A DNA stretch of 64,000 bases, from the NCBI GenBank assembly GCA_052168235.1, contig JBQLZK010000007.1:32001-96000 (forward strand), given 5' to 3'. This DNA is from Thainema sp. (lineage in GTDB: Bacteria; Cyanobacteriota; Cyanobacteriia; Phormidesmidales; Phormidesmidaceae). Made by a program: the position numbers and the translations under genes. The first letter of the stretch is position 1. Each line of letters opens with the position of its first letter. This document shows positions 19,833-30,670 of this stretch, one piece after another. The notes under the pieces are model-generated. The model was not told the origin of the DNA. It saw only the letters and a program-made list of their open reading frames with translations, and made no database searches.

Positions 19833-20834
19833 TTAAGGCTGCTTGGGACACCAGGCTTCTAGTTCGGCGAGAAAGCGGCTGCGTGTGGCGTCGTCAAGGA
19901 TGGCTTGCTGAAAGGCGTTTTGTGTCCAGCGTTTAAGGTCTTGGGGGGTTGCCTGTCGCTCGGTCATAAGTCGGGACAGTTCATCTGTTAAATTGCAGCC
20001 AAAGAAGGTTGGGTCATCGGAGTTGACGGTTACGGCGACGCCTGCTGCATCTAGATCAAAGATGGGATGATCTTGATAGGACGCGACGTTTTGCAGTCGC
20101 TCGTTGGATGTTGGACAGGTTTCAACGGTGACGTTGCGATCTCGCAAGAGCATAACCACATCTGGATTCTGAATGGCTGATGTGCCGTGGCCAATTTGGG
20201 TAATGCCCAATTGCTCAACGGCGACTTGAATACTCTCTGGGCCAGTCATTTCTCCGGCATGAACTTTGACCCGCTTGCCTGCTGTTCGAGCGAGATCAAA
20301 CGCGGATTTAAACTGATCCACTGGCCAACCGACTTCATCGCCCTGAAGGTCATATCCGGCGACAATATCAATCGGTTGCGTCTGCTTAACCCAAGTCATG
20401 GCTTCTTCTACACCATGCGATCGCATCAAACCAACGAATAGGCGGATGGTACAGTCGTGAGTCCGTGCCCGTGCCAGTTCCACAGCCAAACCATCCCAAA
20501 TTTGATGGAGGGACGCGCCATGCCGCTCAGCCATCGAAGGCGAAAAATTAACCTCGGCATAGCGAATATTCTGCGCAATCAGGCTATCTACTACCTCCTG
20601 AATCAGCTCAGCATAACCATTTGGCGTTTGTAGCCACGGATGAATATACTGCTGAAACAGGGCTTGAAACTCACCAAAATGAGCAAACCGGAAGTCCGGC
20701 GAGTACCACGGTGGAACTTTTGGCAATTCGGTACCGTAATGGTGTTGATGAGCGTCGCGAAGAATTGACCAGCGCGGTGCACCCTCTAAATGAAGGTGTA
20801 GCTCTGCTTTGGGCATTGTGGCAAGGTCAAACAT
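19833..20834 (-). CDS. add: Adenosine/adenine deaminase
   Basis: PKAELHLHLEG, VHAGE, IGHG, CPTSN, NSDDP. Confidence 0.9.
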   Translation of the reverse strand: MFDLATMPKAELHLHLEGAPRWSILRDAHQHHYGTELPKVPPWYSPDFRFAHFGEFQALFQQYIHPWLQTPNGYAELIQEVVDSLIAQNIRYAEVNFSPSMAERHGASLHQIWDGLAVELARARTHDCTIRLFVGLMRSHGVEEAMTWVKQTQPIDIVAGYDLQGDEVGWPVDQFKSAFDLARTAGKRVKVHAGEMTGPESIQVAVEQLGITQIGHGTSAIQNPDVVMLLRDRNVTVETCPTSNERLQNVASYQDHPIFDLDAAGVAVTVNSDDPTFFGCNLTDELSRLMTERQATPQDLKRWTQNAFQQAILDDATRSRFLAELEAWCPKQP

Positions 20835-21113
20835 TGTTACTAAGCACCATCATATCAATGGTGTTTATGGTGGCATTTATAGTGACTGAAGATTAGCTTT
20901 TTCTATTTACTCTCAACAAAGCCAACCAAATATATTGCTCTAATGGTCAATGATTAACTGACTTCCTCAGTCAGATAACCGATTGGGAAAATCCTGCCGC
21001 TGATGGTGTTTGTATATCCACATGTCGGAACCTTTGGCATCAAGGTCTGATCCAGCAGATTTGCAATTGCATTGCAACAGAATTGTGGGAGAAGTGCGAT
21101 CGCACTTTCCTCC

Positions 21114-22106
21114 CTACACAATAGGCTCTTCCAGTGGCGGAACAGGCAACTTCGAAGCAGCAGGTGAATAAACAACGCCTGCCGCTTCCCGTACCGTGTA
21201 GAGTGGTCGCCCTTTCACCTCTTCATAAATGCGGCCAATGTATTCGCCTAGGATGCCAATGCAGACCAGCTGCACACCACCGATAAAGAAGATTGCCATC
21301 GTAATCAGCGCTGCCCCAATCAGAGGCGAATCCGGTTCAAACAGTCGCCAGTACAGCACCAGCAGCATCATAATCAGCGCTAAGGAAGCCGCAAACAGTC
21401 CAACATACGTAGACAGCTTCAGCGGCACTCGCGATAGAGAGATAATGCCGTCAATCGCCAGTAACCAGGACTTGAAAAACGTGTATTTGGGCTTACCGGC
21501 AAAACGGGGATCGCGCTGGAACTGAACAGCCGTTTGCCGAAAGCCGACCCAGGAACGTAGTCCCCGTAAGTAACGATTCCGCTCGGGCATAGCGTTCAGG
21601 ATAGTCACAACTCGCTGATCCATTAGGCAAAAATCGCCTGTATCAGTCGGAATCTGAACATCAACTAGCTGACGCAGAATTCGGTAAAACGCAAAGGCCA
21701 TAAACCGCTTCAGCCAGCTCTCTCGTCGCCGTGAGGTGCGCTGGGCGTAGACGACATCATAGCCTTCCTGCCAACGCTCAATCATCTCCGGAATCAACTC
21801 TGGCGGGTCTTGCAAATCCGCATCGAGAATCAGCACGCAATCGCCTTTGGCAAACTGGAGACCCGCAGTCACGGCAATTTGATGACCAAAGTTGCGCGCC
21901 AAGCTAATGTACCTGACCCGCTCGTCCTGCTCTCGCAGCTTGCGCATTTGGATCAAAGAGCGATCGCGGCTGCCATCATCGACCAAAATCAGCTCAAACA
22001 TGCCCGGTAGCGGCTCCATCACCTGACAAAGCCGCCGATACATCTCCGGCAAGTTATCTTCTTCGTTATAAACCGGAATCACGAGCGAGTAGTGAACCGT
22101 GGTCAT
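21114..22106 (-). CDS. GT2 polyprenol-phosphate glycosyltransferase (GtrB/ArnC-like)
   Basis: [30 protein letters not shown], two C-terminal TM helices. Confidence 0.9.
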   Translation of the reverse strand: MTTVHYSLVIPVYNEEDNLPEMYRRLCQVMEPLPGMFELILVDDGSRDRSLIQMRKLREQDERVRYISLARNFGHQIAVTAGLQFAKGDCVLILDADLQDPPELIPEMIERWQEGYDVVYAQRTSRRRESWLKRFMAFAFYRILRQLVDVQIPTDTGDFCLMDQRVVTILNAMPERNRYLRGLRSWVGFRQTAVQFQRDPRFAGKPKYTFFKSWLLAIDGIISLSRVPLKLSTYVGLFAASLALIMMLLVLYWRLFEPDSPLIGAALITMAIFFIGGVQLVCIGILGEYIGRIYEEVKGRPLYTVREAAGVVYSPAASKLPVPPLEEPIV

Positions 22107-22230
22107 ACTGTATTCATCTACCAGGAGCGCAAGGGAAAGGGATGAGAGATGTTGTCAATGATTGATGGTTATTGGTTGGCCGATAGGCTGGCGTATTTTG
22201 CAGCGCTTAGCACACCCGAGAGTAACCGTC

Positions 22231-22695
22231 CTAAGCATCCTTTTGGTGGTGGACTTCCACGACGGTGTGAACGTTCCCACGTGGGGTGAAATCGCCTTTG
22301 ACGGTCACTTCTAGAGGATCGCAGGCAGCCACAAAGTCATCCAGAATTTGATTGACCGCTTCCTCATGGGGAATATAGCGATCGCGGTAGCTGTTGATAT
22401 AAAGCTTGATCGCTTTTAGCTCAACCACTCGCTCGTTTGGCACGTACTGAATATAGATCGTGGCAAAGTCAGGATAACCGGAAAAGGGACATTTACAGGT
22501 AAATTCGGGCAGCGTAATGTCAATCGTGTAGCGGCGGCCCACGCGAGGATTCGGAAAGGTAATCAGTTCCCCTTCTGCGATCGCACGTTCGCCATATTTC
22601 AGTTCAGTATTTGCAGCGGCTGCCGCTTCGTCATTTACGGCTGAATTCAGGCTTGGAGACAGATTGGAACTCGGCGAAGATTGGCTCATGGTCAC
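22231..22695 (-). CDS. queF: preQ0 reductase (preQ1 synthase)
   Basis: PEFTCKCPFSGYPDFA, VELKAIKLY, PRGNV. Confidence 0.95.
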   Translation of the reverse strand: MTMSQSSPSSNLSPSLNSAVNDEAAAAANTELKYGERAIAEGELITFPNPRVGRRYTIDITLPEFTCKCPFSGYPDFATIYIQYVPNERVVELKAIKLYINSYRDRYIPHEEAVNQILDDFVAACDPLEVTVKGDFTPRGNVHTVVEVHHQKDA

Positions 22696-22913
22696 AACTA
22701 GGATAGATCAATTAGCAAGAAGGGTTTAGTGACGGACAAACGGCTCGGTAGCCACCTGGCTCAATCACCTTAACCAGTATAGATAAGACCTGTTACCAAA
22801 TTTAATGCAGACAGCTTGACGAATCCGAATCCGATTGCTCTAATTGCAACTATTCCACAACAGATTCACAGTCGATTGATGCAAAACGGCACAGTGCTGT
22901 GATTGTGTCTCAA

Positions 22914-23015
22914 TATCCAAGTCTGATTGAAAAACCATAATTTATTTTTTGCGAAACGTTTGCTAAGCAAACGTTTCGCAAAAAATAAATTGGGTTCTTA
23001 CACACAGACTTGATA
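22914..23015. repeat. Palindromic MITE/REP-like element
   Basis: Perfect 26-bp arms 22939-22964 / 22966-22991, inside an outer inverted repeat caagtctg...cagacttg. Confidence 0.85.
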
Positions 23016-23202
23016 CCACAACAGCCAACGATAGTGGTGTCTCCTCTGCGTTATCCAGGGCGGAGTTCGGGTCTAAAATCTCAGTTCGGTTTTGGTGAAA
23101 TGCATACTTAAGATTCTATTTCTCAAAGCTCGATAGGGTTCTAGCCGGATTCTGTATACCCCAACGTCTGGTGATATTTTTCAAACGTTTTGAGCTTAAC
23201 CC

Positions 23203-23880
23203 ATGAAATCTCCAGTCAATTTTGATATTCAGATGCCCAATTTAAATGCTCCGTCGCCCGCTGCGCCGTCGTCCACCGCTGCGTCTGATGCTTCGGGATC
23301 TGCAGCTTCGAAGTATGCGCCATCGGTGCCAATTTCCGTCTATCGAGAACTAGCCGCAGAGCTACAAAATACGAAAGGAAAGCTCGATACCCTCAACGGC
23401 CAAAACCAGCAGCTTGTGCAGCAAAACCAGCGCTTGCGTCAGGAAATCCAAAAGCTGGCTCAATCGGCTGTCCAAACTCAACAGGTCGTGGAGGCACTGC
23501 CTGCCATTCGATTCGATCCGGCACGGATGTCAGCTCAAACTGCGCTAGATTTTGATCTGCCGCTGGACGCTGAACCGACAGCAACTTCTGTAGCCGAAGC
23601 GCGTCCGGCTGCTGCGTCACCTGCTCGTAAAAAGGTGGCGAAAGGCAATTCTCCCAGTGGGAAGCGCCCTGCCAATGGCAAAGCGCCCAAATCGGGTAAG
23701 GCTCCTGAGGTGTATGTAATTGAGCAAGAGGACAAGCGTCCAGTGCAGTCTTCGCCGAAAAAGGCATCGGATATGGGCGGTCTTTGGCTTGCGATCGCAA
23801 TTATTTTGATCATCGTCAGCGCCTTCGGAGCCGGATTCCTGATCGTTCGCCCCTTCCTGAGCGATTCAGCCCCCGAGTAA
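23203..23880 (+). CDS. Hypothetical coiled-coil protein with C-terminal membrane anchor
   Basis: SVPISVYRELAAEL followed by a coiled coil, a low-complexity linker and a TM helix (LWLAIAIILIIVSAFGAGFLIV). Confidence 0.8.
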   Translation: MKSPVNFDIQMPNLNAPSPAAPSSTAASDASGSAASKYAPSVPISVYRELAAELQNTKGKLDTLNGQNQQLVQQNQRLRQEIQKLAQSAVQTQQVVEALPAIRFDPARMSAQTALDFDLPLDAEPTATSVAEARPAAASPARKKVAKGNSPSGKRPANGKAPKSGKAPEVYVIEQEDKRPVQSSPKKASDMGGLWLAIAIILIIVSAFGAGFLIVRPFLSDSAPE

Positions 23881-23902
23881 CATAGCGGTAGCTATGTTGG
23901 TT

Positions 23903-23946
23903 AGGACATTTTGGTAGCGCGTCTGAGCCGCGCCACCAAAATGTCC
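23903..23946. repeat. Palindromic element
   Basis: ggacattttggtagcgcg-tctga-gccgcgccaccaaaatgtcc; core resembles the 59258 element. Confidence 0.75.
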
Positions 23947-23967
23947 GTGTTCTATATCATAGAGATA

Positions 23968-24006
23968 TAGAGGCCCGTAACCGGTTGAACAGGTTACGGG
24001 CCTCTA
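23968..24006. repeat. Inverted repeat between convergent genes
   Basis: tagaggcccgtaacc...ggttacgggcctcta, perfect 15-bp arms. Confidence 0.8.
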
Positions 24007-24016
24007 GCGTTTCAGA

Positions 24017-25021
24017 TTAACCAAACCACCATAACCACAGGGGCAGCATTCCCAGTAAGCCAATGGTGCCCGTTACGATCGTAGTGACGGTTAGCTCTTG
24101 GTCTAATTCAAACGCTTCTGAAATGACGAGGGTGGCAAAGGCTGGCGGCATAGCTGATTCGAGGATGATCACCAGTTCAGCCGCTGGATCGAGTGCAAAT
24201 GATTGCAGTGCCAGCCCCAAACCCAAGGGCACAATCAGCATCTTAATACTGAGGCTGATAGAGGCTTTCGAGAGGTGTTGCCAAGACGACATTTGCCGCA
24301 GCCGAATACCGATCAGGATCAGCGAAAATGCGATCGCACTCCAGGCTAGGCTATTCAATACCCGATCAACCAGGATGGGAAAGACAGCCTCGTGTAGCAG
24401 TAATCCTAACCCAAAGCTCCAGAGCGTCGGATTGTAAAACAAGGCTTTGGTTGTTTGACCGATGCCTTCCGCTGAACCAAACTGCGCGGCCAGGACGACT
24501 CCCAAACCATAGGCGGCCAACATAGTGCCCAGCAAATCATAAAAAATCGCCCAGCCAAAATATTGAGAGCCCACCAGGGAAAGCACAACCGGATAACCCA
24601 GATATCCAGTATTGCCCACCATAGTCGTGAGTAGAAAACTTCCCTGGGTGGCACTGCTCCAATGGTTGTGTTTGGGATGGTCAGAATCCGGCAAAAAACA
24701 GGCTGAATTAGCAGGCTGTGAAGACTGTGATGAGATCCGTGATACCTGATTCCGAATCCACAACCAGGCCAGTATGAGGCTAATCAGGATAGCGATCCAG
24801 GCAGCGAGAGGAGCAATCCAGATACTGCCCGACAAATCCGCCTGACGCAGAAAGGCAAAGACGCTGATGGGTACACCCACCCAGTACAAGCTTTGGCCCA
24901 GCCAATGGATAAAGCGAGGTGATGTAACGCCTGCGAGTAGCCAACCACAGCCCGTTCCTGCAATTAGCGGCAGATAAAGGGAAAGGAGCTTGTATCCGAA
25001 GGTCATAGAGTTGCCTAACAA
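24017..25021 (-). CDS. AEC (auxin efflux carrier) family transporter
   Basis: About 10 TM helices, GNTGYLGYP, ESAMPPA. Confidence 0.88.
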   Translation of the reverse strand: MLGNSMTFGYKLLSLYLPLIAGTGCGWLLAGVTSPRFIHWLGQSLYWVGVPISVFAFLRQADLSGSIWIAPLAAWIAILISLILAWLWIRNQVSRISSQSSQPANSACFLPDSDHPKHNHWSSATQGSFLLTTMVGNTGYLGYPVVLSLVGSQYFGWAIFYDLLGTMLAAYGLGVVLAAQFGSAEGIGQTTKALFYNPTLWSFGLGLLLHEAVFPILVDRVLNSLAWSAIAFSLILIGIRLRQMSSWQHLSKASISLSIKMLIVPLGLGLALQSFALDPAAELVIILESAMPPAFATLVISEAFELDQELTVTTIVTGTIGLLGMLPLWLWWFG

Positions 25022-25336
25022 AGTTTGTTACTGCTGGCAAGAAACGTTAGTCTACCTTAGAGAAGGCATTGCTTAATCTGGGTGGAATTGGGATGTGGGG
25101 GCAGTGTTTCCACATCCTGATTCGTACCTGAGGCAGCAATTCCTAAAGAAGGTACTAACAAAGGTTAGCGTTTCGATCTGTAGCATCTAACAAGTTCAGC
25201 CTTAAATGATGTCAGGCAAAGTTCAATCATAAAACCCTATTGTTTTTCATAAGTTGCTTGCAACATCAGCCTTTCGTCAAAATCTAAACTTGGGTTTTAA
25301 GGAGAGATTGCTGCAGAATTTACCGATACACCCAAT

Positions 25337-25440
25337 TAAGTAGCCGCACATAAATAAATGCATATCTAAAAAACCCGGGGAATTCCCCGGAGGGAAACTC
25401 CCCGGGTTTTTAAGTGCGTTTATTTATGCCAACCTACTTA
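25337..25440. mobile_element. TAAGTAG...CTACTTA palindromic miniature element (~104 bp)
   Basis: Terminal IR taagtag/ctactta, inner IR cataaataaa/tttatttatg, core aaaaacccggggaattcccc-gga-gggaaactccccgggttttt. Confidence 0.75.
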
Positions 25441-28400
25441 TGTCCCAACTTGAGTTCACGACTAATGCCACAACAGGTGCCACACTCATGACGAATTCGA
25501 CTGCCAATACTGAAAATACTGCTCAGCCCATGACAAACAGCACAACGAAAGGGGAAGCGAACGGTGCGATCGCAGATGCCGCACTGAATGGTCAATATGG
25601 ATCGGCTGCTGCGGGTGATTTTCAACTGACTGCAGACGAATTAGCTCCAGGGGATAATTTTGCTCAGCGCCACATTGGGCCACGCTCGGTGGATATTCAA
25701 GAAATGCTAGCAACGTTGGGCTATGACAGCCTTGACGCGCTGATGAATGCGGCCATTCCCCCAGGGATTCGCCTGGGCCGCTCCCTCGATATCGGTGAGG
25801 GCTATACCGAATATCAGCTCTTAGAGCATCTCAAGGAAATTGCTGGCCACAACCTGGTGTATCGCTCCTACATTGGTCTGGGCTACTACAACTGCATTAC
25901 CCCTGCTGTGATTCAGCGGAATATCCTGGAAAATCCTGGCTGGTATACCCAGTACACCCCCTATCAGCCGGAAATTGCCCAGGGCCGACTGGAGGCGCTG
26001 CTTAACTTCCAGACGATGGTGACGGACTTGACCGGCCTGGAAATTGCCAATGCGTCTCTGCTGGACGAGGGCACTGCCGCCGCTGAAGCCATGACCCTCA
26101 GCCATGCCGTTAGCAAGAATAAGAAAGCCAAGGCATTTTGGGTGTCTAAAGACTGCCATCCCCAGACGATTGAGGTGGTGCAAACCCGCGCCAATCCGCT
26201 GAGAATTGAGGTGATTGTGGGCGATCATCGGGAATTTAACTTCGATACGCCAGTATTCGGCGTACTGCTGCAGTATCCGGCCAGCGATGGGGCAATTTAT
26301 GACTATGCCAAGTTTATTGAGCAGGCTCATGCCGCAGGTGCGATCGCAACTGTCGCTACCGATCTACTCAGCCTGACGTTACTGAAACCCCCCGGTGAAT
26401 TCGGAGCCGATATCGCGGTCGGCAACAGCCAGCGGTTTGGCGTACCGATGGGCTATGGTGGCCCCCACGCGGCCTTTTTTGCCACCAAGGAAGCCTACGC
26501 GCGCAAGCTGCCCGGTCGTCTCGTCGGTGTCTCCAAAGATAAGCACGGGAAGCCCGCGCTCAGACTGGCACTGCAAACTCGCGAACAGCATATCCGCCGC
26601 GACTCGGCCACCAGCAATATCTGTACGGCTCAAGTTCTGCTAGCCATCATGGCCAGTATGTACGCGGTCTACCACGGCCCCCAAGGACTGAAGCACATTG
26701 CCGAGCGGGTGCATGAAGTTACGCAAGTGCTGGCGCGGGGACTGGAAAAGCTGGGCTACGACATTGTCCACAAACCCTTCTTCGATACGCTGCGGGTAAA
26801 CGTGGGCGAGGGGCAAGCCAAACGAATTAAATCACGTGCGATCGCACATCATATTAATCTCAACTACATTGACAACAGCACCGTTGGCGTTTCGCTGGAT
26901 GAGACAGTGTCGTCGGATGACCTAGTAGCGCTGTTTAAGGTATTTGCCTCCGGTGAAACGACGCCTCACTTCATGCCGGAAGACCTGATTAAAAAAGTGA
27001 AACCAGGCTATACCGATGCGCTGGCTCGTACCAGTGACTATCTCACTCATCCGGTGTTTAACCGCTACCATTCTGAAACCGAGATGTTGCGGTACATGTA
27101 TCGGCTGCAGGCGCGAGACTTATCGCTAGCCAACGCCATGATTCCACTCGGCTCCTGCACAATGAAGCTGAACGCAACCTCGGAAATGCTGCCCGTTACC
27201 TGGCCAGAGTTCAGCAGCCTGCATCCCTTTGTCCCCTTAGGACAGGCACAGGGCTACCGGATTTTAATCGAGCAACTAGAAAGCTGGCTAAAAGAAATTA
27301 CTGGATTTGCCGCAATTTCGTTCCAGCCCAATGCTGGGTCGCAAGGAGAATATGCTGGCCTACTGGTGATTCGGGAGTATCACCAGCAGCGGGGCGAAAG
27401 TCATCGCCATATATGCCTAATTCCTACCTCGGCTCACGGAACCAACCCAGCGAGTGCGGTGATGGCTGGCATGAAGGTTGTCGCCGTCGAGTGCGACGAC
27501 GATGGCAATATCGACATTGCCGACCTGAAAGCCAAGGCCGAAAAGCATCAGGATGACCTGGCCGCACTGATGGTGACCTATCCCTCCACTCACGGCGTGT
27601 TTGAAACTGGCATTCGCGACATCTGCGGCATTGTGCATGAGTATGGTGGCCAGGTCTATATGGACGGAGCGAATATGAATGCTCAAGTGGGGCTGTGCCG
27701 TCCGGCGGACTTTGGCGCGGATGTTTGCCACCTCAATCTGCATAAGACCTTCTGCATTCCCCACGGCGGCGGCGGCCCCGGCGTTGGCCCGATTGGGGTG
27801 AAGCAGCACCTCAAGCCCTACCTACCCAGCCACAGTCTCGTCCCTGTGAATGGGCAAGAGGGCATTGGTGCGGTGTCCGCTGCGCCCTGGGGCAGTCCCA
27901 GCATCTTGCCGATTTCCTGGATGTATATTGCGCTGATGGGCAATCAGGGCCTAACCCAGGCAACTCAGGTGGCGATTCTGAACGCTAACTACATTGCCAT
28001 GCGGTTATCGTCTCACTACCCCATTCTCTATAAAGGCAAAAACGGCCTCGTTGCTCACGAGTGCATCATCGACCTGCGCCGTTTCCGGAAGACGGCGGGG
28101 ATTACGGTTGAAGACGTTGCCAAACGACTGATTGACTATGGCTTCCATCCGCCGACGATGTCGTGGCCCGTCGCCGGGACGGTCATGGTAGAACCCACAG
28201 AAAGCGAATCAAAGGAGGAGTTAGACCGCTTCTGTGATGCCATGATTGCCATTCGGGAAGAAATCCGAGCCATTGAAGAGGGCAAGGTGGATCAGGAAAA
28301 CAACTTGCTCACCAATGCGCCCCATACCGTGGCGGATCTGGTCGCTGACGAGTGGGATCGCCCCTATTCTCGTTCCGAAGCCATCTATCCCACAGCCTGG

Positions 28401-28511
28401 ACGCGGGAGCATAAGTTTTGGCCGTCAGTGGGACGGATTGACCAAGCCTATGGCGATCGCAACTTGATGTGCTCCTGTTTACCGATGGATGCCTATCAAG
28501 ACGACGACTAG
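25440..28511 (+). CDS. gcvP: Glycine dehydrogenase (decarboxylating), P protein
   Basis: [58 protein letters not shown]. Confidence 0.98.
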   Translation: MSQLEFTTNATTGATLMTNSTANTENTAQPMTNSTTKGEANGAIADAALNGQYGSAAAGDFQLTADELAPGDNFAQRHIGPRSVDIQEMLATLGYDSLDALMNAAIPPGIRLGRSLDIGEGYTEYQLLEHLKEIAGHNLVYRSYIGLGYYNCITPAVIQRNILENPGWYTQYTPYQPEIAQGRLEALLNFQTMVTDLTGLEIANASLLDEGTAAAEAMTLSHAVSKNKKAKAFWVSKDCHPQTIEVVQTRANPLRIEVIVGDHREFNFDTPVFGVLLQYPASDGAIYDYAKFIEQAHAAGAIATVATDLLSLTLLKPPGEFGADIAVGNSQRFGVPMGYGGPHAAFFATKEAYARKLPGRLVGVSKDKHGKPALRLALQTREQHIRRDSATSNICTAQVLLAIMASMYAVYHGPQGLKHIAERVHEVTQVLARGLEKLGYDIVHKPFFDTLRVNVGEGQAKRIKSRAIAHHINLNYIDNSTVGVSLDETVSSDDLVALFKVFASGETTPHFMPEDLIKKVKPGYTDALARTSDYLTHPVFNRYHSETEMLRYMYRLQARDLSLANAMIPLGSCTMKLNATSEMLPVTWPEFSSLHPFVPLGQAQGYRILIEQLESWLKEITGFAAISFQPNAGSQGEYAGLLVIREYHQQRGESHRHICLIPTSAHGTNPASAVMAGMKVVAVECDDDGNIDIADLKAKAEKHQDDLAALMVTYPSTHGVFETGIRDICGIVHEYGGQVYMDGANMNAQVGLCRPADFGADVCHLNLHKTFCIPHGGGGPGVGPIGVKQHLKPYLPSHSLVPVNGQEGIGAVSAAPWGSPSILPISWMYIALMGNQGLTQATQVAILNANYIAMRLSSHYPILYKGKNGLVAHECIIDLRRFRKTAGITVEDVAKRLIDYGFHPPTMSWPVAGTVMVEPTESESKEELDRFCDAMIAIREEIRAIEEGKVDQENNLLTNAPHTVADLVADEWDRPYSRSEAIYPTAWTREHKFWPSVGRIDQAYGDRNLMCSCLPMDAYQDDD

Positions 28512-28684
28512 AGGACGGAAGCTACCTGCGATCGCACATTTCCCTCTGCTCCATAAACCTCCAAAAACCGAGCAGTGTGCCAAGCACCTTTGGATTAATT
28601 CACAAAGTCAGTTGACACAAAATTCCTGCAAAATGCTATCTATACAAAACAGTACCAACAGATTTGTTTTGGGCAGGTAGTGAC

Positions 28685-30406
28685 ATGCGGCGGTTTTTGA
28701 ATCGTTTATTTCAGCAACTAGGGCAGGTGCGATCGCAGATGAGCCCACGGTTTAGCGCTCGTCTCAGGCGGCGATCGTTTCTTCAGTTTGCCACCTTGTT
28801 TGGGCTGTGCCTGGTCTTGACCGTCAGCTGCGGTAGCCAGTCCGCCTCGGATACTGATTCAACCTCCGGTGATACAGGCAGCGCTGCCAGTCCCGGCAAC
28901 CGGATTACGATGGGCACCACTCAGAAAGTACGCACCATCGATCCGGCAGACTCCTATGAGCTATTTCCCGGTATTTTGCTGTTTAACTTGGGCGATCGGC
29001 TGTATACCTACGAACCGGGTACGACCAATCTCGTGCCGCAGTTGGCTACCGAGCTGCCGCAGTTGAGTGACGACAGCTTGACCTACACGATTCCCCTGCG
29101 CGAAGGCGTCGTGTTCCACGATGGCGAACCGTTTAACGCCGAAGCAATGGCCTTTTCGCTCAACCGCTTTATCGAAAATGGCGGTCGTCCCGCTTTCCTG
29201 CTGGGCGATAAAGTGGAATCCATCGAAGCGACGGGTGAATATGAGCTAACGATTCGGCTGCGGGAACCGTTCGCGGCGTTTCCTTCTCTGCTCTCCTTCT
29301 GGGGCATGACCGCCATTTCGCCCCAGGCATACACCATTGGTGCAGGCCAGTTTGAACCGACCTCCTTTGTCGGCACCGGCCCGTACAAGCTGACCGAACT
29401 TAGCTCTGACACCGTCCGGCTGGACGCCAACCCCGACTACTGGGGCGAGGCTCCGGCCAATGAAGGTGTAGACATTCAACTCATTAGCAGTTCCCCAAAC
29501 CTCTACAACGCGTTCCAAACGGGTGGCCTGGATGTGGCCTATCAGACGCTTGATCCAGATCAGATTCGCGACCTACAGGCTAAAGCCGATCAAGGCGGCT
29601 GGCAGGTGATTGAAGCAGGCGGAACTGCGATCGCATATATGACGCTGAACCAAAAGCAAGAGCCGCTGGATCAGCTACCTGTCCGAAAAGCGATCGCATC
29701 CATGATTGACCGTGAGCTACTGGATGAGCGGGTGTTTCAGGGACAGTCAGAAGCACTCTACAGCCTCTTGCCCACCAGCTTTGATATTTACGAGCCTGTC
29801 TTCAAAGAGGAGTATGGCGACGGCAACTACGAACAGGCGCGCCAGTACCTAGAGGAAGCGGGTTTCTCAGAGTCCAATCCCTTCCAGATGGAGATTTGGT
29901 ATCCCTCTGCCTCTACAATTCGCAACCTAGTTGCCACCACGATTAAAGCTGCTATTGACCAGAACCTACCCGGCATCGTCAACGTAACGGTAAGAAACGA
30001 AGAAGGTACGACCGCTTTTGAAAATATTGACAAGGGCATCTACCAAACGTTTTTACTCAACTGGTACCCCGATTTCTACGATCCGGATACCTACTTCCAG
30101 CCGTTTATGGATTGCCAGCAGGGATCGGCTGAAACGGGTTGCGAAGTAGGCGGTAGCCAAACCAACGGCTCGTTCTACTACAGCGATCGCGCTCAAGAAC
30201 TGATTGCCCAACAGCGGGCCGAGCAAGATCCAGACGCTCGCAAAGCCATTTTCAAAGAGCTGCAAGAGCTGTTAGTCGAAGACGTACCCTATATTCCCCT
30301 GTGGCAAGAGAAAGATTTCGTCTTTGCTCAGGGCTATATGGAAAACGTGGCGATTCAGCCTACCCAGCAGTTCCTGTTCTGGCAGATGGAAAAAGCAAAC
30401 AGCTGA
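28685..30406 (+). CDS. Peptide/nickel ABC transporter substrate-binding lipoprotein (family 5)
   Basis: RR-containing signal with lipobox TVSC, IDPADSYE, LREGVVFHDG, VGTGPYKL. Start could be 28664, 28685 or 28739. Confidence 0.9.
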   Translation: MRRFLNRLFQQLGQVRSQMSPRFSARLRRRSFLQFATLFGLCLVLTVSCGSQSASDTDSTSGDTGSAASPGNRITMGTTQKVRTIDPADSYELFPGILLFNLGDRLYTYEPGTTNLVPQLATELPQLSDDSLTYTIPLREGVVFHDGEPFNAEAMAFSLNRFIENGGRPAFLLGDKVESIEATGEYELTIRLREPFAAFPSLLSFWGMTAISPQAYTIGAGQFEPTSFVGTGPYKLTELSSDTVRLDANPDYWGEAPANEGVDIQLISSSPNLYNAFQTGGLDVAYQTLDPDQIRDLQAKADQGGWQVIEAGGTAIAYMTLNQKQEPLDQLPVRKAIASMIDRELLDERVFQGQSEALYSLLPTSFDIYEPVFKEEYGDGNYEQARQYLEEAGFSESNPFQMEIWYPSASTIRNLVATTIKAAIDQNLPGIVNVTVRNEEGTTAFENIDKGIYQTFLLNWYPDFYDPDTYFQPFMDCQQGSAETGCEVGGSQTNGSFYYSDRAQELIAQQRAEQDPDARKAIFKELQELLVEDVPYIPLWQEKDFVFAQGYMENVAIQPTQQFLFWQMEKANS

Positions 30407-30457
30407 TCCCATTCTTGGTTCAGACTGTATCGAATAAGGGCTTAAACCCTGGTACTC

Positions 30458-30613
30458 GTTTAGCGCAACACTCTGCATAGATCCCCCTGAAATCCCCCTT
30501 ATAATCCTTCGGGCATGGCTTCGCCTAGAAAAAGGGGAACTTTGAGCCAGAGTTGGAATAGCCCCCTTTTCAAGGGGACGGCGACAGCGGGGGATCGTAT
30601 AGCTGCGCTAAAC
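30458..30613. mobile_element. Miniature inverted-repeat element of the CCCCCTT..AAGGGG type
   Basis: Terminal IR gtttagcgca/tgcgctaaac enclosing gatccccc...gggggatc and two ccccctt/aagggg hairpins. Confidence 0.7.
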
Positions 30614-30670
30614 ACACACTTCGCCCCTTAAGCTAGAACCGACACTGCTCATCTTCAGTTGAAATAAATA

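Noticed and set aside
22695..22800. preQ1 riboswitch upstream of queF
   Set aside because: No recognisable stem plus A-rich tail consensus.
25296..25335. Glycine riboswitch upstream of gcvP (GGAGAGA present)
   Set aside because: The CCGAAG and CUCUCAGG elements and the required stems are absent.
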